From Candidatus Gorgyraea atricola (GTDB taxonomy: Bacteria; Omnitrophota; Gorgyraeia; Gorgyraeales; Gorgyraeaceae), in the NCBI GenBank assembly GCA_030765235.1, contig JAVCCW010000029.1:311666-375665 (forward strand): a stretch of DNA of 64,000 nt, given 5' to 3'. The notes under the pieces are model-generated. The model saw only the letters and a program-made list of their open reading frames with translations, had not been told where the DNA came from and did not search any database. This document shows, in pieces, positions 21,193 through 29,293 of this stretch (positions within the stretch are counted from its first letter, which is position 1; every line of letters begins with the position of its first letter). A program made the position numbers and the translations under genes.

Positions 21193-23750
21193 AGTATAGT
21201 TTAATCAAAAATTTTGATAACTCAGTAGAGCAGTTTAAGGATAAGGTTGCTATTTTATCTGGTTCAACGTCACTGACTTATGCAGAGCTTGGCGAGAAGA
21301 TAAAAAATACCGCATGTTACATATCTTCATTAGGCATTGAAAAAGGTGACAGGGTTGCGATCATTCTTGATAATGGGCCAGAGTTTGCGAGCGTATTTTT
21401 TGCATTGGCTTATATAGGCGCGGTCGCGGTTCCTCTTGATCCAAGGATGACAGAGAAGGATGTAGCAAACATCATGTCTGACTCTGGCGCAAAGATCCTT
21501 CTTACAATTGATAAAATAAAAGAACTAGACCCACCGCAAGTTTTTGAGAAAGCCATAGTAGAACCAGACGACCTTATAGTGCTGCTTTACACCTCTGGCA
21601 CCACAGACCTTCCAAAAGGTGTAATGCTCACGCATAAGAATCTGTGCTCGAATTTTAATTCTTTGAGGAAGATGAAGATCTTTACGCCAAAGGATACGAT
21701 ATTATCAATTCTCCCGCTTTACCATTCCTATTCACTCATGACTACGCTTATCGCGCCTCTTTTTTCAGGTTCAAAGATCGTGTATGTCTCTAGTGACTGG
21801 CCAGAGAAATTAGCTGACTATATAAAGGAAGCTGGAACAACCGTATTTATAGGTGTACCGCAGATTTATCACATGATGCATTCGCGCATGATTAAAAAGC
21901 TTAGCAGTATAGAAGGCCTTAAGGGGCTATTTGTAAAATCAGTAATAGCTCTTGGCCTTACAAAGGTACTTTTGCCCAAGGTCAAAAACGCCTTTGGAAA
22001 AAGGCTTCGCTTTTTTATAAGCGGCGGCGCAAAGCTGGATGCTACAGTGGCAAGGGATTTTTTCAAGCTTGGCTTTAAGATATTGGAAGGCTATGGCCTG
22101 ACTGAAACTTCTCCTGTTGCAAGTATAAATCCAGTGAAAAGGCCAAAGATAGGGTCGATTGGCACGCCTGTTCCTGATGTAAGGATGAGGATCTTGAATC
22201 CAGATTCCAGCGGCGTAGGCGAGATCGTGATCCAGGGCCCAAATGTCATGAAAGGCTACTATAAGAATGAGGAAAAGACAAAAGAGGTGCTTAAGAATAA
22301 CTGGTTTTATTCAGGCGACCTGGGATACAAGAATAGAGATGGATATTTTTATATTACAGGCAGGTCTAAAGAGGTGATAGTACTTAGCTCAGGCAAGAAT
22401 ATCTATCCTGAGGAGATTGAAAAGCATTATTCGAATACGTCCTACATAAAAGAAATGTGTGTTATAGGCGTATTAAAGGGAAAAGGCAATAGTAAGCTTG
22501 AATATCTGCATGCGATTGTTGTACCAGACCTTGAGTTTTTTAAAGAGCGCGGCGAAATGAATGTGAATCAAGTGTTAAAGGCCACATTTGATAATCTCTC
22601 TAAAGACATACCTGGCTATAGGCATATCATGGGATTTACTGTGACAAAAGAGGCTCTGTCGCGTACTGTGCTGGGCAAGCTCAAGCGATATGAGATCGAG
22701 AAAAAATTCCTTCCTGTTATTTTAGAAGAGACAGAGGAAGAAAAAGCTGTGAGTCCAGAAGATCAGGCTTTGCTTCAATCTGATACAGCGAAAAGGCTAA
22801 TAGCGTGCATAAAGGATGCGCTTGAGATAAAAGGGGATGCGCATCTTAATGACAGTATTGAGCTTGATCTGGGAGTGGATTCACTTACCAGGGTAGAGCT
22901 TGTTCTGGCTGTTGAGAAGTGTTTTAACATAGAGATATCGGATGAGATGATCGCGGCGGGGATATTTACGGTTAAGGATATTCTTACGAAAGTTGAAGAA
23001 CTCTTGGCAAGTGACAAGCGACAAGTGACAAGCGACAAGGGCGTGGAAAGAGCTATTCACTGGGCTGGGATTTTGAAGCAGGAATTGGCAAAGGATTTTC
23101 AGGACAAGATATCGTTGGAGTTGAGCTGGATAGATTATGTGTTTACTTTTATAATTAAAGGGTGCGTTGGTTTATTTTTCAGGATTTTTTATAGGCTCAA
23201 GGTAGAAGGCGCGGAAAAGATACCTAAGAAAGGGCCTTATGTTTTATGTGTGAATCATACTAGTTTCCTGGACGGGTTTATTGTACTATCTGGTGTGCCG
23301 CTTAGGACAGAACTTGAGTTATTCTTTATTGGATTCAGGAGATATTTTATAGTGCCTATCATAAGGAATCTTGTAAGGCGCTCAAGGATCATTCCTGTAG
23401 ATGCCACGCAGATCATAGAGGCAATGCAAGGCTCTGCGTATATCCTGAAGCACAATAAGGCCCTCTGTATATTCCCTGAGGGAGAGCGTTCTATTGACGG
23501 CGAGGTAAAGGAATTCAAGAAAGGTATTGGCATAATTGCAAAAGAACTAAATGCGCCACTTGTACCGGTTTATATCAATGGCGCTTTCAAAGCCTGGCCC
23601 AGGACACAGAAATTTCCAAAACTACACCCTATTAGCATAAAATTTGGCAGTCCTGTTGCACCTGATGTGTTAGCCAAGAAAGGCGACGCAAAAGACGAAC
23701 ACGAAGCAATTGCTGCAGGTATAAGAGGAGAGGTAATTAACCTTGGGTAA
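21186..23750 (+). CDS. tri-domain fusion: acyl-CoA/acyl-ACP synthetase (AMP-binding) + acyl carrier (PP-binding) domain + 1-acyl-sn-glycerol-3-phosphate acyltransferase (Aas-like)
   Basis: LLYTSGTTDLPKGV AMP motif; DSLTRVEL phosphopantetheine site; NHTSFLD (HX4D) and FPEGERS acyltransferase motifs; 854 aa. Confidence 0.75.
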   Translation: MVEYSLIKNFDNSVEQFKDKVAILSGSTSLTYAELGEKIKNTACYISSLGIEKGDRVAIILDNGPEFASVFFALAYIGAVAVPLDPRMTEKDVANIMSDSGAKILLTIDKIKELDPPQVFEKAIVEPDDLIVLLYTSGTTDLPKGVMLTHKNLCSNFNSLRKMKIFTPKDTILSILPLYHSYSLMTTLIAPLFSGSKIVYVSSDWPEKLADYIKEAGTTVFIGVPQIYHMMHSRMIKKLSSIEGLKGLFVKSVIALGLTKVLLPKVKNAFGKRLRFFISGGAKLDATVARDFFKLGFKILEGYGLTETSPVASINPVKRPKIGSIGTPVPDVRMRILNPDSSGVGEIVIQGPNVMKGYYKNEEKTKEVLKNNWFYSGDLGYKNRDGYFYITGRSKEVIVLSSGKNIYPEEIEKHYSNTSYIKEMCVIGVLKGKGNSKLEYLHAIVVPDLEFFKERGEMNVNQVLKATFDNLSKDIPGYRHIMGFTVTKEALSRTVLGKLKRYEIEKKFLPVILEETEEEKAVSPEDQALLQSDTAKRLIACIKDALEIKGDAHLNDSIELDLGVDSLTRVELVLAVEKCFNIEISDEMIAAGIFTVKDILTKVEELLASDKRQVTSDKGVERAIHWAGILKQELAKDFQDKISLELSWIDYVFTFIIKGCVGLFFRIFYRLKVEGAEKIPKKGPYVLCVNHTSFLDGFIVLSGVPLRTELELFFIGFRRYFIVPIIRNLVRRSRIIPVDATQIIEAMQGSAYILKHNKALCIFPEGERSIDGEVKEFKKGIGIIAKELNAPLVPVYINGAFKAWPRTQKFPKLHPISIKFGSPVAPDVLAKKGDAKDEHEAIAAGIRGEVINLG
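23010..23043 (+). repeat. tandem heptamer repeat (GTGACAA/GCGACAA)x4 + GGG in frame inside the Aas-like gene (encodes SDKRQVTSDKG)
   Basis: agtgacaagcgacaagtgacaagcgacaagggc. Confidence 0.65.
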
Positions 23751-23792
23751 CTTCGTAAGTTGTCCATTTGGACAACTTACGAAGTTACCCAA
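23743..23792. terminator. near-perfect 23-bp hairpin TTGGGTAACTTCGTAAGTTGTCC-loop-GGACAACTTACGAAGTTACCCAA overlapping the stop of the Aas-like gene
   Basis: seen directly; no T-run, so terminator versus structural element is unresolved. Confidence 0.5.
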
Positions 23793-23811
23793 GGTAGAAC
23801 AGGGGGATTGT

Positions 23812-24084
23812 ATGAGCAAAGTAACAGTTAAAAAGCCCACCAAGGAAGAGCTGCAGAAGTTAGGCGTGGACAAATGGCCTACATGGACGAGTGAGGTAAA
23901 GAAATTTGACTGGGAATATAGCGACAACGAGACATTTTATGTGCACGAAGGCAAGGTAAAGGTAATCATAACTGACGGCCAGGAAGTCGAATTCGGCAAA
24001 GGCGACCTCGTAACATTCCCCAAAGGCGTAAAATGCACATGGGACGTAAAAGAATCTATCCGTAAGGTCTATAATTTCGGATAA
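23812..24084 (+). CDS. cupin-domain small protein (DUF861-like)
   Basis: ~90 aa with FPKGVKCTWDVKESIRKVYNFG C-terminus typical of small cupins; start moved to ATG 23812 with GGGGGA Shine-Dalgarno; the upstream extension is the hairpin. Confidence 0.55.
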   Translation: MSKVTVKKPTKEELQKLGVDKWPTWTSEVKKFDWEYSDNETFYVHEGKVKVIITDGQEVEFGKGDLVTFPKGVKCTWDVKESIRKVYNFG

Positions 24085-24087
24085 GTT

Positions 24088-24191
24088 AACCCCATTCCAA
24101 ATTCTGAGTGACGCGTAATTTATTTTTTGGAACTACTTGCGTGCAATTCTTAAAGATTATTTGATGATCTTTAAGAATTTGGAACGGGGTT
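24088..24191. mobile_element. MITE-like element, ~104 bp, terminal inverted repeats AACCCCATTCCAAATTC / GAATTTGGAACGGGGTT
   Basis: TIRs seen directly; internal palindrome aattcttaaagat...atctttaagaatt; related TIRs at 47.5 and 47.85 kb. Confidence 0.5.
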
Positions 24192-24247
24192 CAATTCGTA
24201 CAGTGAGTTACGAAAATCAGAGATTTCCGTAACTCAGGTGCTCATTG

Positions 24248-24301
24248 AAATGCACCTGGGATGTAAAGCAACCCATCCGCAAAGTCTATAACTTTGGATA
24301 A
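24248..24301 (+). pseudogene. duplicated, diverged fragment of the 3' end of the cupin gene (KCTWDVKQPIRKVYNFG*)
   Basis: ~80% nt identity to 24031-24084 including the stop codon; lies just beyond the MITE-like element. Confidence 0.45.
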
Positions 24302-24346
24302 CTTTACATTTTAGGTCTTGCTTTAAATGTAAAGTTATGTTATAAT
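24296..24346 (+). promoter_or_regulatory. inverted repeat AACTTTACATTT-N13-AAATGTAAAGTT containing the 25-mer AGGTCTTGCTTTAAATGTAAAGTTA, followed by an extended -10 TGTTATAAT
   Basis: 25-mer repeated exactly at 44679-44703 (uvrA 5' UTR); half-site shared with the inverted repeat at 27220-27262. Confidence 0.4.
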
Positions 24347-24354
24347 CTTTTTGA

Positions 24355-25605
24355 GTGCAAGGAGATATGGCCATGGAAGCATGGTCATATTGTGTCTGGG
24401 TTATGATGGGAATTAGAAAAGTTTATTATATAGCAGTAATATTGATGCTAATACTAATGTTAACATCAGGTGATGCGGTCTGTCTAGGCTCCCTCAGGCC
24501 ATACATGCAGCTTGAAAAAGGTAAGAACAAAGAAATTAATCTAGATAAAGTTTCTTTGAGCGAGACAGAAGAGGTCGTTGAGGAATTTGACAATTTAGTT
24601 AGACTTAATATGAACTTTGAACCGGATAATGAAAAGCAGGATTATGGCAGCAAACCTCGATCAATGTTAATTCAACTTGTCAATGATTGGAGGAATTGGG
24701 AGTCAAATGAGAGACGTATTTTGGATTTATCATGTCATTTGTTGGGGATAGAAAATATTTTAGAATTCAAAACTATCAGACCCATTAAACCCATTATCCT
24801 TGCCGGTGGAAGAGGGTCAAGAGCAAATAATAAAGCCAAAGTTTTAGAGAGAGTCGACGGAAAGTCGACCATAATGCATATTTTAAATAATATTTTAATC
24901 CTAAAAAAGAGCAACCTGGGATTTCAGATCGAAATAGAGAAACCTCTAATTGTGGTTAACTATGAAAATGCAGAGTTAATAGCAAATGCTTTAAAGGGTT
25001 ATGAAGTTGAATATTTTATAGAAGAGAAGCCACTTGGCACAGGTAAAGGCGTATTAGAGACAGAAGAGCTTACGAGAGATTTTAAAGGCGATGTCTTAGT
25101 TTATTTAGGTGCCAGACCATGTGTATATACACCTAGTATTTTAAAGAGCATTCTTATACATCAGGCTATAGAATTTTCTTCCATGACGCTTATCACAACT
25201 GTAGTAAAAAAACCTTATGCACCGCTTGTAAGGGATCCAGAAAATAGTTTTGTGATTGATAGTGTAGAGACACACTTGGAAAAAGCGAAAGCACCTCCTA
25301 TAGGCGAGAGCAATATAGGTGTTTATCTTGTAAGGAAGCAGGATCTATATTGGCCGTTACATGAAGCACATAATGAATTATATAATGCTGCTGATAATAC
25401 TTACAAGTGGCCGGGAGAGCTAGGATTTGTCAATCAGATGGTACGCAGGTTAGCTGCAGAAGATAGACTAGTAATCAGTTTACCCTTGGCTAATACTGAA
25501 GAGGGGTCCGGTATTAGATTCGCAGGTGATAGTCATGCAATGCACATATCAAGAGAACATTTATTAACATCCATTAAAAGCATTGCTCCGCGGTATGGAT
25601 TATAG
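24355..25605 (+). CDS. exported/membrane-anchored protein with conserved N-terminal leader + sugar-nucleotidyltransferase-like domain
   Basis: leader MMGIRKVYYIAVILMLILMLTSGDAVC...LRPYMQLE; ILAGGRGSRANNKAKVL and KPLGTGKGV resemble G-x-G-T-R / LGTGHA motifs of GlmU/RmlA-type NTP transferases; true start may be ATG 24409. Confidence 0.5.
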   Translation: MQGDMAMEAWSYCVWVMMGIRKVYYIAVILMLILMLTSGDAVCLGSLRPYMQLEKGKNKEINLDKVSLSETEEVVEEFDNLVRLNMNFEPDNEKQDYGSKPRSMLIQLVNDWRNWESNERRILDLSCHLLGIENILEFKTIRPIKPIILAGGRGSRANNKAKVLERVDGKSTIMHILNNILILKKSNLGFQIEIEKPLIVVNYENAELIANALKGYEVEYFIEEKPLGTGKGVLETEELTRDFKGDVLVYLGARPCVYTPSILKSILIHQAIEFSSMTLITTVVKKPYAPLVRDPENSFVIDSVETHLEKAKAPPIGESNIGVYLVRKQDLYWPLHEAHNELYNAADNTYKWPGELGFVNQMVRRLAAEDRLVISLPLANTEEGSGIRFAGDSHAMHISREHLLTSIKSIAPRYGL

Positions 25606-25625
25606 AAAAACCTGGGAGCCATTTT

Positions 25626-27185
25626 ATGATAACTATTAGAAAAGTTTATTATATAGGACTAATATTTACGCTAATAGCAATGTTAGCGGCAGGTGATGTG
25701 GTCTGCGCCCAAGACCTGCTCAGGCCGTATATGCAGCTTGAAGCAAAAACAAAGAAGCCCAACAGGCGGCAGAGGATTTTGGGGGAGAATGAGAAAGAGG
25801 TTGAGTATTTAGGGAAGATAGCAACTGCAGCTAGTAGGGGTGAAAATGCGCTGGAGGGAAAAGCAAGGATGTTGTTTGAGAGATTGACTGAAGATCCTGA
25901 GTCTGATTTGCTGGATACAGTAGAATTCGATAAAAGATTTATTACTTGGTTTTATGCTGTATTTAATCCTTATGAGCCAACAAAAGTGGCAAAGGAATAT
26001 TTAGAAAAATATCCCGGCATATTTAATCAGAGTTACGATAATGATGTCGCCAAGATAAAAAGTTTATTTAAAAGAATATTTCATGCTGCAGCATTAAAGG
26101 AATTAGACTTGTCAAAGAAAAATATCAAAGAATTAGAGCAATATATGATTCTACATAGTGATTCTCTGTCAATGAGAGGTGAAAAAATAGAGAAAATGTC
26201 CAAGTTGCTTAAAACAGGCAAGCCTAAATCCCATAAAGAGATTTTTTATAAATATTGTAGTATCATTTATCGTTTTTATGAAGAGACCTGTACATGGAAT
26301 AAGGAGATTTCAGGGCCAGCTGATTTTGATCGATATGGTGATGAATATGGATTAAATGGAGGATTGCCGTACCTTGCTTTTATGGAAAGATATAGAAAAG
26401 AGCATAATTTAATGGAGATTCATCGCTGGCTAGAAATTGGCAAAGCAAGATATTGTATACTTAATAATAATATTCCCATGGTAATTGAAATATTTGAAAG
26501 ACTATCTGAGGCTTGTGAGTACGATGTCAATTCCCCTATCCGCCAGACGCTTTTGTGGACGTATAAAAACGGCCTGCCTGGCCTTGGCCAGATAGTGGAA
26601 GAGCTGGGTATGGATGGGATTTGTGTTGAGGAAATAGGTATGCTTATGGAGCAGCTTTCGGATTTTTTAGATAATAAGGAAGAACTGGTTGATATGCCAG
26701 AACCCATATATGATGTATTAATAAAGGGACACTTAGGCAGACTAATAGAAGTAGAGAGTTTGAATGTCGTAGGTATTACAGCATTAAAGCAGACAAAAAA
26801 TCACCTTAAAAGTGTTATTATGGATGAATACTTGACTGAAAAGGAAAAGCTTTCTATTATTAATGACTGGATTTCTGGCCTAAAGATAGCTTTTAGAGAC
26901 TATAGAAATATAGTAAAAGTATTTTTAAACACGAATGTGCTTTTAAAATGGGCAAAGTTATTGGCAGAAAGCAAAAACGAAGATAAAAATAAAACCGCTC
27001 AAATGCTTAAAGATGAAGATTTCAGGAATAGGTTTATGCGGATTATGAGTGAATATCTACAACTGGTTAATCACGTACAGCAAAGTTTTAATGAAATCAT
27101 CCCCTATTTCCAAATGCGCTTGGAGATGGAGCAAGGGGTGGGGGAGGTTTTGGAGTCTAATGGGGCTGTGGAGGTGGCGATTTAA
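25626..27185 (+). CDS. hypothetical 519-aa protein sharing the N-terminal leader of the preceding gene; remainder alpha-rich, no recognised domain
   Basis: MITIRKVYYIGLIFTLIAMLAAGDVVCAQDLLRPYMQLE aligns with residues ~19-57 of the upstream protein; the rest is unrelated. Confidence 0.5.
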   Translation: MITIRKVYYIGLIFTLIAMLAAGDVVCAQDLLRPYMQLEAKTKKPNRRQRILGENEKEVEYLGKIATAASRGENALEGKARMLFERLTEDPESDLLDTVEFDKRFITWFYAVFNPYEPTKVAKEYLEKYPGIFNQSYDNDVAKIKSLFKRIFHAAALKELDLSKKNIKELEQYMILHSDSLSMRGEKIEKMSKLLKTGKPKSHKEIFYKYCSIIYRFYEETCTWNKEISGPADFDRYGDEYGLNGGLPYLAFMERYRKEHNLMEIHRWLEIGKARYCILNNNIPMVIEIFERLSEACEYDVNSPIRQTLLWTYKNGLPGLGQIVEELGMDGICVEEIGMLMEQLSDFLDNKEELVDMPEPIYDVLIKGHLGRLIEVESLNVVGITALKQTKNHLKSVIMDEYLTEKEKLSIINDWISGLKIAFRDYRNIVKVFLNTNVLLKWAKLLAESKNEDKNKTAQMLKDEDFRNRFMRIMSEYLQLVNHVQQSFNEIIPYFQMRLEMEQGVGEVLESNGAVEVAI

Positions 27186-27219
27186 GATAGGTCCCCGCTT
27201 TCGCGGGGATGACAACTGG

Positions 27220-27262
27220 TTAACTTTACACTTTTGTGACACACAGAAAAGTGTCAAGTTAA
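27220..27262. promoter_or_regulatory. imperfect palindrome TTAACTTTACACTTTTGTG-N5-CACAGAAAAGTGTCAAGTTAA upstream of rplM promoter (operator-like)
   Basis: seen directly; outer half-sites AACTTTACA / TGTCAAGTT resemble those at 24296-24337. Confidence 0.4.
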
Positions 27263-27276
27263 GTCGAATATTTCGC

Positions 27277-27304
27277 TTGACAGAGGTGGGTTTTATGGTA
27301 TAAT
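27277..27304 (+). promoter_or_regulatory. sigma70-type promoter TTGACA-16-TATAAT for rplM-rpsI
   Basis: consensus hexamers read directly from the sequence. Confidence 0.5.
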
Positions 27305-27329
27305 TCAAGTTTCTAAATAAAGGTGGATT

Positions 27330-27764
27330 ATGGATACGGTTATGTTAAATAAGAAGGATGTTGTGAGAAAGTGGTATGTTATCGACGCTAATGGTAAGAT
27401 TCTGGGTAGATTAGCTGTTGAGATAGCGCTTATTTTGAGCGGCAAGCGCAAGAATAACTATACACCGCATGTGGATAATGGTGACTTTGTGGTTGTGCTG
27501 AACGCGGGCAAGGTAGCTGTTACAGGCGCTAAGCTTGAGAACAAGACATATAAGCGTTACTCAGGATATCCGAGCGGTCTAAAGATAAAGAACTTAGAGA
27601 CAGTTTTAAGGACAAAGCCTACTGAGGCATTGCATCATGCAGTAAAGGGTATGTTACCTAAGAATAAGCTGGGCTCAAGGATGATCACAAGGCTCAAGCT
27701 TTACGCAGGTTCAGAGCACGAACATCAGGCTCAGAATCCTGAGAAGTTAGAGATAAAAGGATAA
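27330..27764 (+). CDS. rplM: 50S ribosomal protein L13
   Basis: [15 protein letters not shown]..., [12 protein letters not shown]. Confidence 0.9.
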   Translation: MDTVMLNKKDVVRKWYVIDANGKILGRLAVEIALILSGKRKNNYTPHVDNGDFVVVLNAGKVAVTGAKLENKTYKRYSGYPSGLKIKNLETVLRTKPTEALHHAVKGMLPKNKLGSRMITRLKLYAGSEHEHQAQNPEKLEIKG

Positions 27765-27767
27765 ATC

Positions 27768-28163
27768 ATGGTAGAGCAGAACATAATCTGGGCAACTGGG
27801 AGGCGGAAGTCATCTGTGGCTCGCGTGCGGCTTATGCCGGGAAATGGCGAGGTACAGGTCAATAAAAAGCCTCTCGATAAATATTTTGAAAGACCTACAT
27901 CTATACTGGTTGTAATGCAGCCGCTAAAGTCCACTAACCTGTTTGATAAGTTCAATGTGATCGCAAGTGTTAAGGGTGGTGGAAAGTCAGGTCAGGCAGG
28001 AGCTTTAAGGCATGGCATAGCAAGGGCCTTGGCTAAAACAGGTGATGATACAAAGGTCTTATTAAGGAGAAAGGGTTATTTGACCAGGGATCCTCGGGCA
28101 AAGGAACGCAAGAAGTACGGACAAAAAGGCGCCCGAAAGAGATTCCAGTGGACAAAGCGATAA
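27768..28163 (+). CDS. rpsI: 30S ribosomal protein S9
   Basis: GGGKSGQAGALRHGIARAL and C-terminal KKYGQKGARKRFQWTKR. Confidence 0.9.
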   Translation: MVEQNIIWATGRRKSSVARVRLMPGNGEVQVNKKPLDKYFERPTSILVVMQPLKSTNLFDKFNVIASVKGGGKSGQAGALRHGIARALAKTGDDTKVLLRRKGYLTRDPRAKERKKYGQKGARKRFQWTKR

Positions 28164-28189
28164 AGATATAAAACTATAATTTTCCATAA

Positions 28190-28253
28190 AAGCCTATCTT
28201 GCTTTTTCCGACGAGGAAATCAATTGACAAGATAGGCTTTTTTATTTTATAAT
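28190..28253 (+). terminator. rho-independent terminator after rpsI (stem AGCCTATCTTG/CAAGATAGGCT + T-run) overlapping a TTGACA-18-TATAAT promoter for argC
   Basis: stem-loop followed by TTTTTTATTTT; -35/-10 hexamers at 28224-28229 / 28248-28253. Confidence 0.55.
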
Positions 28254-28279
28254 CGTCTATAACACAGACGGAGGACAAT

Positions 28280-29293
28280 ATGTTAAAAATAGGAATAATG
28301 GGAGCGAGCGGTTATGCTGGTGAAGAACTTTTAAGGATTTTATTAAATCATCCTGAAGCCCGGATCACAGCAGTTGCTGCTAAGATAGATACTGTACCAA
28401 TATATAAGCTATATCCATGGCTAAAGGGTGTGCTTGACCTGGAGTGCGGAGACATGAGCGCAGACGAAGTCGCTAAGAAATGCGATGTAGTTTTCTTAGC
28501 GCTTCCGCACAAGGTCTCTATGCAGTTCGCGCCGATATTTTTGAAAAAAGGCAAGAAGGTCATAGACCTGAGCGCTGATTTTAGGTTAAGGGATGTAGGC
28601 GTATACGAGAAGTGGTATGTTAAGCACGAATGCCCTGACTATGTTAAGAAGGCAGTTTATGGGCTTTGCGAATTTTATAGAGATGAGATCAAGAAGGCAG
28701 AGCTGATCGCAAATCCAGGGTGCTATCCAACGAGCATTATCTTTGGCTGCGCTCCACTTTTAAAGAAAAAAATAGTGGATATAGATTCCATTGTATGCAA
28801 TTCAGTTTCAGGTGTGAGTGGCGCAGGCAGGGTCCCAAGTCAGGCGCTTATGTTTACAGAGCTACAAAATAGTTTTAGGGCATATAAGCCAAATAGCCAC
28901 AGACACATGCCTGAGATAGATCAGGAGCTGAGCGAGATCAGTGGCGCTAAGATAGCAGTGAATTTTGTGCCGCATCTTGTGCCAATGGAAAGAGGCATAC
29001 TCTCTACGATCTACCTGAGGCTAAAAAAGAACATAACTACAAAAGAGACTGTGAAGCTGTATAAGGATTTCTATAAAGGTGAGTATTTTATAAGGGTTAT
29101 GGACGAGGGAGTATTGCCTGATACAAAGAATGTAGCGAGATTAAATTTCTGCGACATAGGTGTGCAGGCGTTTCCTGAGAAAAAGACAATAGTAGTTACA
29201 ACTGCTATTGACAATCTTGTAAAGGGCGCAAGCGGCCAGGCAGTACAGAACATGAATATCATGTATGGGTTCGAGGAGAAGATGGGATTATGA
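28280..29293 (+). CDS. argC: N-acetyl-gamma-glutamyl-phosphate reductase
   Basis: MLKIGIMGASGYAGEELLRIL; active-site NPGCYPT. Confidence 0.9.
   Translation: MLKIGIMGASGYAGEELLRILLNHPEARITAVAAKIDTVPIYKLYPWLKGVLDLECGDMSADEVAKKCDVVFLALPHKVSMQFAPIFLKKGKKVIDLSADFRLRDVGVYEKWYVKHECPDYVKKAVYGLCEFYRDEIKKAELIANPGCYPTSIIFGCAPLLKKKIVDIDSIVCNSVSGVSGAGRVPSQALMFTELQNSFRAYKPNSHRHMPEIDQELSEISGAKIAVNFVPHLVPMERGILSTIYLRLKKNITTKETVKLYKDFYKGEYFIRVMDEGVLPDTKNVARLNFCDIGVQAFPEKKTIVVTTAIDNLVKGASGQAVQNMNIMYGFEEKMGL

Noticed and set aside
19020-23750. Prophage / integrative element around the hypothetical genes
   Set aside because: No integrase, recombinase, phage structural or transfer genes; gene boundaries overlap as in an ordinary operon.
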